DNA of 64,000 nucleotides from a virus: positions 1-64,000 of IMG/VR virus record IMGVR_UViG_3300035698_011202. One strand, 5' to 3'. This document shows positions 36,920 to 45,708 of this stretch, piece by piece. A model generated the notes under the pieces. It saw only the letters and a program-made list of their open reading frames with translations, ran no database searches and had not been told where the DNA came from. Position 1 is the first letter of the stretch. Each line of letters begins with the position of its first letter. The translations under genes and the position numbers were made by a program.

Positions 36920-39319
36920 ATGTTTGAATCCCTGTCCCGACAAGCAATTGAACTAGGTTTACCTCTAATCCCTGTTTTTCAGGCCAGTGGTTTACCTTGC
37001 GTCACCGATAAAATTCTACCACGGGCTTTTGACCCTTTAATTCAAGCTAGTATGCGTACCGAGCACCCAACTAAAAACGCCTGTATCTCGTTAGACACAT
37101 TAGGTGACAATGGTTGCCGCTTATATGTGGTCGAAGTGTTCGATTCTCGCATTAACCGACTGCTACAGCCGACTGCAGCATTAGGCCATAAGTTAATTTA
37201 CAAAACTATGGACCCCACAGGCAGAAAAGACTTCGATGTTTATAACCTTGAAGGCGATGTTGTGGTGTCTGTTCAGTTGCGAGGGTACGTCACGGTACTG
37301 AGTGCCACGGATTTACCGAGCAAACACGCAGAAATTATAGTCGTAGACCTGCAACAGTTAAGAGAAATACTGGCTGAGGTAGGTGAAATACGCACTCAAA
37401 ATGACCCTTATACCCGTCTACCCAGCACTTTTGCTCAATTAGACTACCAACTAAAGAGCAAAAACGGGCTGTTTGTGGCTAATTTACTGCTAAAAAGCAA
37501 CGAAAACACCCGAGTTCTTCCGATTTTGCATGAAATTGACGCGGTTTATGCCCAAATGACCGTAAAACTGCTAAAAGACGCTCGATTGGCCCATTCTCCG
37601 GTGGGTTTGTATATACAACACTTTCTTAGTTTATTATCAGAGCAGATTCACGAAAATAAATTGAAGTTACACCCTGACGCGCTGCGAGGTATAGGTGCTC
37701 AGTACAGCGAAAAATACTTTGTGTCGTTGTCAAAAGACGACATTCAAATGGATTACGAGGACTTTAAAACGTTCGCACTGCGCCTAATGTCAGCCGCAAT
37801 AGGCAGTGAGCAAAAGATGTTGGTTGCTTGCCAAGATATTTTTGATGAAATGGCTTTATCAACCGCGCTTAGCAAAATACAGCTGGACCAGTTCAAGCGA
37901 TTCGTGTCACGGCAGTCTGCGATGAAACTCAACATGAATAAAATTGAATCTCAAATACTTGAAACCCGCAAAGAACGCTTTGGCCTTGGGTCGTTTAGCA
38001 ACACACTTGGAAAAGCTATATCCACCCTAAACCTAATGGGTGACTTTCGCTACGACGGAATTATATCCAGTGAACTGCTTCGCTGGTCGGGTGCGTTCTG
38101 GGAAATTTACCCTGATGTTGAACTTCGACAATTCATTAACTACTATTTTGCGTCAAAAGAAATACAGCGTTCAATATCCAAACTCAATGAAATGTGTGAG
38201 TCCATCAAGCGCCAGTTCGCCTCCTACTTGCCCCCTACATCGGGCGTTAACTTTTTAAACTGCTACTTGGATGAGAATTTGAATACCTTTAGCCATGACC
38301 GCCGACAAGGGTTTACGTATGCCTTCGATTTTGAGTACAACCCTGAATTACCAGACCCTGCATTATTCTTAGACTTCCTAAACGATTGCTTTTGTGAGCA
38401 AACGCCTGCAGACCGCGATCGGAATATTAATCTGGTTAAGCAAACCATCGCTGCCACCTTGTTTCAAAAAGGCCCATCACTACAAAAAGCAGTGTTACTT
38501 TATGGCGCAGCCTCGACAGGTAAAAGCCAGCTACTTGAAATAGTAAAGCGGTTAGTGCCCTCGCACAAAACCTGTGCCATCTCTCCTGAGAAGTGGAACG
38601 AGGCGGTCCAAGCTAAAGGACTAAACGACAAGCTCTTGAATGTGTGTGGTGAGCTAAGTGAAACGAAATCGATAGATGCCCAGCGGTTCAAAGACATAGT
38701 AGATGGCAACCCGATTACTCACTCCACCTTGAGTACAAGCTTTACCGTAACGCCACATTGTACTCACTGGTTCGCATCCAACCACTTACCTAAATCCAAA
38801 GACCCCACAGAGGGCTTTAGCCGCAGATGGTTGATTATACAATTCGACAACGTAGTTAAGCCACACCTACGCGTACTAGATTTAGGCTCAAAGATAGCCT
38901 CAGCTGAAAAAGAGCAAATTGTAAATTGGGCTAGTAAAGCAATCACCCAATTAAACGAGCAGCGCAGTTTTGACCTAGCGCCTAATGACTTAGAAGGAGG
39001 TATCGCTCGTATGAATAACAACGTTAGGTATTTTATAGAAACAGCGTGTACCACTCACAATCTGTCTTGGCTAAAAAGCCTCGAAAAAGATGAATTGACC
39101 CAAGAACTGACAGCCTTAAAACCCACATCACTAAAATATATTTATACAAAGTACAGCGTGTTCGTGAAAGATATGAATTGTGGCGCGGGAGTAGACGAGC
39201 AGGAATTTATTATGAGAATGAGGCATCTTGCGGCAATGTTCGGCTTCATCTCTGTGGTAGGAGCAGCAGCAAATCGACGTATAATCGTACAGTATTATGG
39301 GGTGGTTATATGCGCTTAA
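36920..39319 (+). CDS. P4/D5-family SF3 helicase with degenerate prim-pol-like N-terminus
   Basis: LYGAASTGKS Walker A, KLLNVCGEL, WFASNHLP, GFSRRW; D5_N-like region. Confidence 0.85.
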   Translation: MFESLSRQAIELGLPLIPVFQASGLPCVTDKILPRAFDPLIQASMRTEHPTKNACISLDTLGDNGCRLYVVEVFDSRINRLLQPTAALGHKLIYKTMDPTGRKDFDVYNLEGDVVVSVQLRGYVTVLSATDLPSKHAEIIVVDLQQLREILAEVGEIRTQNDPYTRLPSTFAQLDYQLKSKNGLFVANLLLKSNENTRVLPILHEIDAVYAQMTVKLLKDARLAHSPVGLYIQHFLSLLSEQIHENKLKLHPDALRGIGAQYSEKYFVSLSKDDIQMDYEDFKTFALRLMSAAIGSEQKMLVACQDIFDEMALSTALSKIQLDQFKRFVSRQSAMKLNMNKIESQILETRKERFGLGSFSNTLGKAISTLNLMGDFRYDGIISSELLRWSGAFWEIYPDVELRQFINYYFASKEIQRSISKLNEMCESIKRQFASYLPPTSGVNFLNCYLDENLNTFSHDRRQGFTYAFDFEYNPELPDPALFLDFLNDCFCEQTPADRDRNINLVKQTIAATLFQKGPSLQKAVLLYGAASTGKSQLLEIVKRLVPSHKTCAISPEKWNEAVQAKGLNDKLLNVCGELSETKSIDAQRFKDIVDGNPITHSTLSTSFTVTPHCTHWFASNHLPKSKDPTEGFSRRWLIIQFDNVVKPHLRVLDLGSKIASAEKEQIVNWASKAITQLNEQRSFDLAPNDLEGGIARMNNNVRYFIETACTTHNLSWLKSLEKDELTQELTALKPTSLKYIYTKYSVFVKDMNCGAGVDEQEFIMRMRHLAAMFGFISVVGAAANRRIIVQYYGVVICA

Positions 39320-39420
39320 AAATAGTTATAGCGTTTTATACTTTAGTATAATGGACGTTAGTTTAATGGGGACTGTTTTTTATATTGACAGATTTTAAAA
39401 ATAGGCAGAAACTCCCGCCC

Positions 39421-39521
39421 GACGGTGAGTTCAGAACATAGTAAAAAAAAGACGATGAGTTCAGAACGCAGTAAAAAAATGACGATGAGTTCAAAACGCA
39501 GTAAAAAAATGACGATGAGTT
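39421..39521 (+). repeat. 30-bp tandem repeat (3 full units plus a partial) carrying GACGATGAGT
   Basis: GAC(G)RTGAGTTCARAACRYAGTAAAAAAAW units seen directly. Confidence 0.95.
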
Positions 39522-39584
39522 AAATCAGGCAACATACCCTTTAAAGCTTATTCTATTCGTGGCATTCGCGTGGGCGTGAACATC

Positions 39585-39619
39585 AAGCCCTCACTTCTTT
39601 GAAGTGGGGGTTTTCTTTT
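39585..39619 (+). terminator. Intrinsic terminator
   Basis: AAGCCCTCACTTC-TTT-GAAGTGGGGGTTTT then CTTTT. Confidence 0.75.
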
Positions 39620-39953
39620 GCCCGAGTTTCGCCATGACACATAGACCGGCCCTTTCAAATTCCCTTTCAAATTATTAAATATTCATAGCTTTTCGCTTTT
39701 CGCTTTTGGCTCTAGCTTTTCGGTTTGAGGTATGAACTTCTACCTCCGTAAAATCCTAATTTTTTTCAGCTGGAGTGAGGGCACAACCAGACTAAGGTGT
39801 TGTTTCTGTTGACCTTTTTAGCCGATACCCTTAATATATGTGGGTCGGATAAGGAGTCTGGCAGGGGGTGCAAATGTACCCGTTCAAGGCACAAATGTAC
39901 CTTGTTACTTTTAATTAACTCAGGTGGGGACTCCCCACCAAAAGGCAAAAAAA

Positions 39954-40832
39954 ATGACCACATCAAACGTAGTAAATTCAGTAAACGTAGTAAATCCAGT
40001 AAAAGCTAACTTCGAATTTTTACTAAAAAAGGACAAAGAAATTCTGTTCAATAAAGTTGGTTTTGCCGTGACCCTAGTATGTAATGGGTTGGTTGATATA
40101 GGTCAAATTATTGACCATATCGATGCAAGAAATGACGCGAATGGTATCGCTCAAATTGATTCTCAATGTGATGGATTTAGTCAGATTAAAGGTTTTGTGA
40201 AAGACTTCACAAAAAAGCTAGTTGAGTTGGAATTTTTACCAAAAAGTCACTTGAATATTGGCGAATGTAAACCCGCTCAGTTCACTGCTTATGGTAAATT
40301 CTTGCTTGCTGGCGGCACAAAAGACGCGTTTATTAAAAAGTTATCGGCTATGAATGGCGATTACGAACGCGCTGCTAAGTGGAATACTTTGTTAAATTCG
40401 TTCCCAACGCTAGCCGGTTTTGAAGGCGCTGAAGGTCAACCGCCAGTGCTACCTGCTGAAGTCTTAGCATTAGCCGAAAACTTAGAGCGCGACCATGCCG
40501 ATGCGCTGAATATCAACGCGATTTTAATCGCTAACGATAATGCTAAGTTTGATGCCGCATTGGCCATTGTGAATGCTCGGACCAACGCCATAGAAGCTGC
40601 TAAGCAGTCGCTAATTGATGCCGAAGCTTTACCGCTAACAGGTGGGGACTCCCCACTAGAAGCGCCAACCGAAGTGCTAACAGGTGAGCGATTGACCGAA
40701 GTGCTAGAAGCCGTGAACAATAAAGTCTTAACTAATATTGAGCTGTTAATGAATGATTACATCGATGCTAGTTTTGATGCGGTTCAAAAGGCAAAAGTTA
40801 GAAAAATGATGATTGCATTTGCCCAATCGTAA
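39954..40832 (+). CDS. Early hypothetical protein (about 292 aa)
   Basis: Long ORF after hairpin and AAGG RBS; followed by a terminator. Confidence 0.7.
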   Translation: MTTSNVVNSVNVVNPVKANFEFLLKKDKEILFNKVGFAVTLVCNGLVDIGQIIDHIDARNDANGIAQIDSQCDGFSQIKGFVKDFTKKLVELEFLPKSHLNIGECKPAQFTAYGKFLLAGGTKDAFIKKLSAMNGDYERAAKWNTLLNSFPTLAGFEGAEGQPPVLPAEVLALAENLERDHADALNINAILIANDNAKFDAALAIVNARTNAIEAAKQSLIDAEALPLTGGDSPLEAPTEVLTGERLTEVLEAVNNKVLTNIELLMNDYIDASFDAVQKAKVRKMMIAFAQS

Positions 40833-40848
40833 AAACAAATAACCATCC

Positions 40849-40875
40849 AGAACCCGCTGACAAGCGGGTTTTGTT
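40849..40875 (+). terminator. Intrinsic terminator
   Basis: AACCCGCT-GACA-AGCGGGTT followed by TTGTT. Confidence 0.75.
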
Positions 40876-41084
40876 CTCGCGTGACGCATGACGCATGACG
40901 CGTGACTCCCCTTGTACCATTTACTGCCCACCGCTAGGCGCTCACAGTGAGCGCCTTGCTGTGAGCTGTGTATTTTGCTGGGAATAGTAAAACGCGAGAC
41001 AAAAAAACTGGGGCATTTTTGGCCCTATATATCGCGGGAAATTTAATTAACTAACGGTGGGGACTCCCCACTAGGAATATAAAA

Positions 41085-41576
41085 ATGTCTACTTTACAAG
41101 CTAAGCAAATCCTTAAACTAAAAAGCCTTGTAGCTAAGGGTACAGCGTTGTACCAGTTGCACAAAAGCACAACGTTCTTGAAAGGGAGCTACGACAATGA
41201 AGATGGGATATGCGTCGTTGTCCTGCCTATGAAGTGCGATAACGACAACAACTATTATGACATGATAGGTGAAAAGCTCACCTGTGATATGGACTTTCCC
41301 GAAGATGGAATAGCCGTTTCCATGTCTGGCGACGCTAAAGAGCATTATGAATATGTCACTAGCGAGTGGGTTATCTACCCCCTCATAGCCGAGTTAGGGC
41401 TTGTAAAAAGAGTAGATGAAGATGGGAGGCTACACATCGATATACCCAAACTAGACGCGATACCAAGGTTTATGACCGGTGAATTAAACCTTCAAAATTT
41501 TAAGGGTAAGACCGTAGCATTTTGTCAGGCCAGTGGCTTGAGCATTTTGGAAACAGACCTAGCGTTAACCGCTTAA
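41085..41576 (+). CDS. Hypothetical protein
   Basis: AGGA RBS after palindrome. Confidence 0.7.
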   Translation: MSTLQAKQILKLKSLVAKGTALYQLHKSTTFLKGSYDNEDGICVVVLPMKCDNDNNYYDMIGEKLTCDMDFPEDGIAVSMSGDAKEHYEYVTSEWVIYPLIAELGLVKRVDEDGRLHIDIPKLDAIPRFMTGELNLQNFKGKTVAFCQASGLSILETDLALTA

Positions 41577-41624
41577 TTTAATTAACTAACAGTGCGGACT
41601 CCGCACTAACAATTGGAATTGACG

Positions 41625-41807
41625 ATGGAAACAATAGTATTAGTAATACTTGTACTAATCACCTTTTGGCTTGCCCTAATGGTCATTAAAATTACCCTTA
41701 ACGCTGCTTTATCGTACAAAAAACGGGTCACAATTCGCAGAAAGATGTTCATAGCGCGAAAAAAAGCGCGTGAAAAATATTTTAAGCACCTGTTTTTGCG
41801 CGATTAA
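41625..41807 (+). CDS. Small membrane protein
   Basis: N-terminal TM helix, basic tail; starts at TTGACGATG. Confidence 0.65.
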   Translation: METIVLVILVLITFWLALMVIKITLNAALSYKKRVTIRRKMFIARKKAREKYFKHLFLRD

Positions 41808-41939
41808 GGTGGACGGGGGGGATAAAAACGCAGTGCAATTTCACCCCCAAAGTCAACGCGCACTGCTCACCGCTAACATGAATAAGCTCACCGCTAACAT
41901 TCACTTTTTACTTAAATCTTCACAAAAGGGTCTACCACA

Positions 41940-42185
41940 ATGTCCATATTTTCAATAATCGCCAACACGTTTAGCGTCAACAAAACGATGTTATCTGCCT
42001 CAGAAATGCAATTACTGGCATCTATAAATGCGTCTGCCCGTACATTAAAAGCGCAATTAGAGGCCAAAAAATTGGGCGCTCAGCGTGCAAAAGTCCAAGT
42101 AAAAGACTGCTACCGTAGCAATAAAACCCTGTTACGGACTCCTATTAGTACAAAAATTGCACGAAAAGCCCCTATTAATCTATAG
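41940..42185 (+). CDS. Basic hypothetical protein
   Basis: ORF on the expected strand; weak RBS. Confidence 0.45.
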   Translation: MSIFSIIANTFSVNKTMLSASEMQLLASINASARTLKAQLEAKKLGAQRAKVQVKDCYRSNKTLLRTPISTKIARKAPINL

Positions 42186-42728
42186 CTTTGCGGGCTAGGG
42201 TAAATTAGTAGGTTAGTAGCCACTATCGCTTTATGCCGTCATATGTCGGGTCTTGAGAAGAATAAAGTGTACAGAATCAAAAATAGCAGACATTTTTCTT
42301 ATTAAAAACATTATGTATTAATTAGAAATATGAGTGTGATCTAAAAAAGAGCCATCAAAAAAAGAGCCTACAATTTAGTTCCTAAGCGTGACCGCACGAA
42401 AGTCCTCAGGCGACATCCGACAGCTAAGAGTCCAAACGCGCCAACGTCATTGCTGGGCGATTTGACTTTTGCTCCTGTATCGCTCGGTGTTGATATATAA
42501 TTTTATAGATATACCAATGCTTAGGTTGATGCTCGAACGTGTCACCTTGCTATGTTTGCTTTCGTATTTCGGGTATTGTGTCTGCTTAGTTTGCCCGTAG
42601 GGTATGAAGGTATTAAAAAGCTTGCAATATATTATTCTTTGATCGAATAATACTCACAGTAAATCGGGGATTAAGACCTGATTACTATTTTATAGATGGG
42701 GACTCCCCACTAACAATTGGAATTGACG

Positions 42729-43259
42729 ATGACAAACACGACATTTGTATGCTCTCAACGAGCGACGCAGAAAGAGATTTCTGAGATTCGCCTTCAAGTA
42801 TTCACATTGGGTAATCGCCTAAATAATTATCGCATAAATAATGCGGTGCGAGTTCGTGCTGCGTTGGGCGATTTGTTGCTTGCCTCCATACGCCGTGAGG
42901 CTGAGCTGACGGCGTTATTATCCTTCCTTAATACGACGTGTCGTATTCTCAATAAAAAGCCCATAACACCTCACTGTGAGGTTATTACAAGCGATTTAGA
43001 CGATGCGGTGGGTAACATCATTGGATTTAAGAACGATGGCAAGGGTTTCGCCATCATTCCTACATTTAGGGAGTTGGGCGCGGTGTTTGTTCCGACTCAA
43101 TATAAAGTGACGTTGTTGCGTAACACTGATTTCGAAAAGCTTTACATTGTAATGCTAAACGACGAGCTAAAGGCTGACTTTCTAGGCCGCCAGCAGCTTG
43201 TTCAAGAGCATAACGCCCTAGTATTGAGGCATACCCACCTTATGTGCCTCTTAGCTTAA
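42729..43259 (+). CDS. Hypothetical protein
   Basis: Starts at TTGACGATG after palindrome. Confidence 0.7.
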   Translation: MTNTTFVCSQRATQKEISEIRLQVFTLGNRLNNYRINNAVRVRAALGDLLLASIRREAELTALLSFLNTTCRILNKKPITPHCEVITSDLDDAVGNIIGFKNDGKGFAIIPTFRELGAVFVPTQYKVTLLRNTDFEKLYIVMLNDELKADFLGRQQLVQEHNALVLRHTHLMCLLA

Positions 43260-43427
43260 CAGCGAGCGAGTGGGGAGTCCCCACTCAAAACTTAAATTAA
43301 CTTGAAAATTGGAAATTGACGATGAAAAATACTTCGGTATCAAATCTAACCTGTCCTCAGGTGTTCAACTAATGGCGGTCGCTACGTTCGACACTCAGCG
43401 AGAATTAGCTTCTTGGGTGAATAGTTT

Positions 43428-43796
43428 ATGACTGTTCTGATAGGTGAAATGCTGACCCGTGAGCAGTGTTGGCTTGAATATCATGCAAACCGTGATTTTG
43501 AGGCAAGTTACGATGCTTTTGAAATGGGTTATCACTCTGTGCTGGGTCAAAACACCTGTTCGTGGGCTATTCACATTGATGAAATGTCACGCGGTCTTTG
43601 TGATATTTCACGGGAAGAAGCCTTCGACTTAATGGAGGCGCATGAGTGTGAAATCCAGCGAGAATATGACCGTTATGCCCCGCCTGAAGAAACTGAAGAA
43701 GAAGCTCAGGCTTACTTCGAGTTTCACCATCTAAAGCCTGTGACAGCTCCATACTGGCAAGTGTGTGTGGCTAAAATAGACGCGGCTTTAGCTTAG
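43428..43796 (+). CDS. Acidic hypothetical protein, 5' end possibly frameshifted
   Basis: ORF; the upstream motif start at 43322 is in another frame. Confidence 0.5.
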   Translation: MTVLIGEMLTREQCWLEYHANRDFEASYDAFEMGYHSVLGQNTCSWAIHIDEMSRGLCDISREEAFDLMEAHECEIQREYDRYAPPEETEEEAQAYFEFHHLKPVTAPYWQVCVAKIDAALA

Positions 43797-43815
43797 AATC
43801 GGTGGGGACTCCCCA

Positions 43816-43990
43816 CCAATAAAACGGTGTGACACCTGTAAAATTGATGACCAATAAAACGGTGTGACACCTGTAAAATTGACGATGAGAAAACAGTGTG
43901 ACACCTAATAGTGTGACACCTATCAAATTGACGATGTGAACAAACAGCAAGGTTTTTGCCTTGCACTCCAATTAAATTGACGAAGAGATA
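43816..43990 (+). repeat. Composite repeat region: 35-bp duplication, four GTGTGACAC palindromes, several AAATTGACGATG copies
   Basis: Seen directly. Confidence 0.9.
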
Positions 43991-43993
43991 ATT

Positions 43994-45697
43994 ATGACTG
44001 TTATTGCTATGAGTAAAATCGAAGTACAAGCCCACTTTGCAGATAAAATGGACAATTGCCATCCTTTGGTTGCCGATGCGATTAACAATTGCGTTGGCGG
44101 GTTGCAAATCCGATCCGTGTTCAAGCCTGAATTAAACAGAGAGGCGTTACAATCCAAAGTACAGGTAGCTTTGAGAAAGTTGGCTGCCCACCCTATAGGT
44201 GAGCGTAAAAAGGGTCGTATCTTGGGTGAGGGCAGCAGCATGGATTTTAGATTACACCTAAGTATTCATCAAGATACCCCTTATATGGTGAGTAATATCA
44301 ACGAGATTTGGGTCAACTATATGGTCACGGGTGACATGCCTGCTGAGCGGTCTGTGGGCAGTAAGTTAATGCACAAGGGTCGTGTGCCCATTTCTAAAGT
44401 AGTGTCTGATTTCAGTGATGGCTTGTGCGGTATATTTCGCAACCAAGACCAAACGGTCAAGGACTTTATTGCTGAGATTAACCAGTTGGTAAGTTCCAAT
44501 ATATTTGTGATGACTAAAAGTAAGCTCAAGCATCACTATCAAACGTTTGCAAAAACTAAAAATACGACCTCTTGCATGTCAAAGCCTGACGAACAATATG
44601 AGATGGGTGGTGGTCACCCTATCGATTGTTATGAACAAAGCCCAAATATGGCATTAGGTCTAATGATTAGGCCCGATGCGACTTTTTCTGAGGACCATTA
44701 TAGTTTTGCGGGTCGCATGTTTTTCTTGCATAACCTTGAGGGCAAGTTTGTCGGACGTTCCTCGTTTTACGGCAACGAATCTCAAAAAAGGTTCATCATT
44801 GACCAACTCAATGACAGTGGTATCGACAACACGCTTTACGGCGGTTTGCTGAACGTTATCACTAACCACGATAACGAGTTGATGGTGCCATATATCGATG
44901 TATGCCATCAGCCCCATCGTGACCCTCAATCAAATAGATTGCATTGGCTAGCTGACTTGACTGAATTGCAGGACAATAATTGTATGCACTTAATCGACCA
45001 GCAAATGTGGTTGGAAAAAGGTAAAAAGTACCTTTTTATTGGTGAGCCTGAGTATTGTGGTAATGAGCAGTATTTTCATGGAGAGGCCAGTGACCAAGGC
45101 CGCAAAGTATGCCGTTTAGTGGACGTAGACGACGCGCAGCGGTCATGGACTGATTTATCAAAGGGTGTGGTCCTGATATATGTACCAAGCCGTGACGAGT
45201 CGTATCCAGAGGACGAAGTGGTTTATTCCGACTATTCAGACAGCTATATACACGAGGACGATGTAGTTCACTTAGTAACAGGCGAGATAATGCACGAAGA
45301 TGACGAAGGTAACGAGTATGTCCAATGCGATGACAGCGGCGATAACATTCGCATAGATAGGGCAATTCGCTCTGATTACCACGACCGGTGGTATCGAAAG
45401 GATTTGCATGGCGATATTCTTAGTTATTGCTCAGAAGAAGATGACTATTACTTAGACCACGAAGAAGATAACTTTATGGAGTATCACGGCTACGTTCAGG
45501 TTGTTGATATTTACGGTGATAAGGAATGGTCTAAAAACGCGGTGTTTTCTGAGTTTAGAGGTGCCCATCTTGACGGCGATAGCGCCATTTCCACACCCAC
45601 CAATGATTATATCTATTCAGAAGATGTAATCGAGTGGTTAGAGGCCAATGATTCGTACGAGTACGAGTTTGGTGAATTTACAGAAAAAGCAGCATAG
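43994..45697 (+). CDS. Phage protein with SCM motif and acidic C-terminal repeats
   Basis: TSCMSK...HP...SPN...GR...FYGNE...PYID; C-terminal repeats such as VYSDYSDSYIHEDDVV. Confidence 0.75.
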   Translation: MTVIAMSKIEVQAHFADKMDNCHPLVADAINNCVGGLQIRSVFKPELNREALQSKVQVALRKLAAHPIGERKKGRILGEGSSMDFRLHLSIHQDTPYMVSNINEIWVNYMVTGDMPAERSVGSKLMHKGRVPISKVVSDFSDGLCGIFRNQDQTVKDFIAEINQLVSSNIFVMTKSKLKHHYQTFAKTKNTTSCMSKPDEQYEMGGGHPIDCYEQSPNMALGLMIRPDATFSEDHYSFAGRMFFLHNLEGKFVGRSSFYGNESQKRFIIDQLNDSGIDNTLYGGLLNVITNHDNELMVPYIDVCHQPHRDPQSNRLHWLADLTELQDNNCMHLIDQQMWLEKGKKYLFIGEPEYCGNEQYFHGEASDQGRKVCRLVDVDDAQRSWTDLSKGVVLIYVPSRDESYPEDEVVYSDYSDSYIHEDDVVHLVTGEIMHEDDEGNEYVQCDDSGDNIRIDRAIRSDYHDRWYRKDLHGDILSYCSEEDDYYLDHEEDNFMEYHGYVQVVDIYGDKEWSKNAVFSEFRGAHLDGDSAISTPTNDYIYSEDVIEWLEANDSYEYEFGEFTEKAA

Positions 45698-45708
45698 GAA
45701 AATTGACG

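Noticed and set aside
39421-39521. CRISPR array
   Set aside because: Units are head-to-tail repeats with no unique spacers, and no cas genes are present
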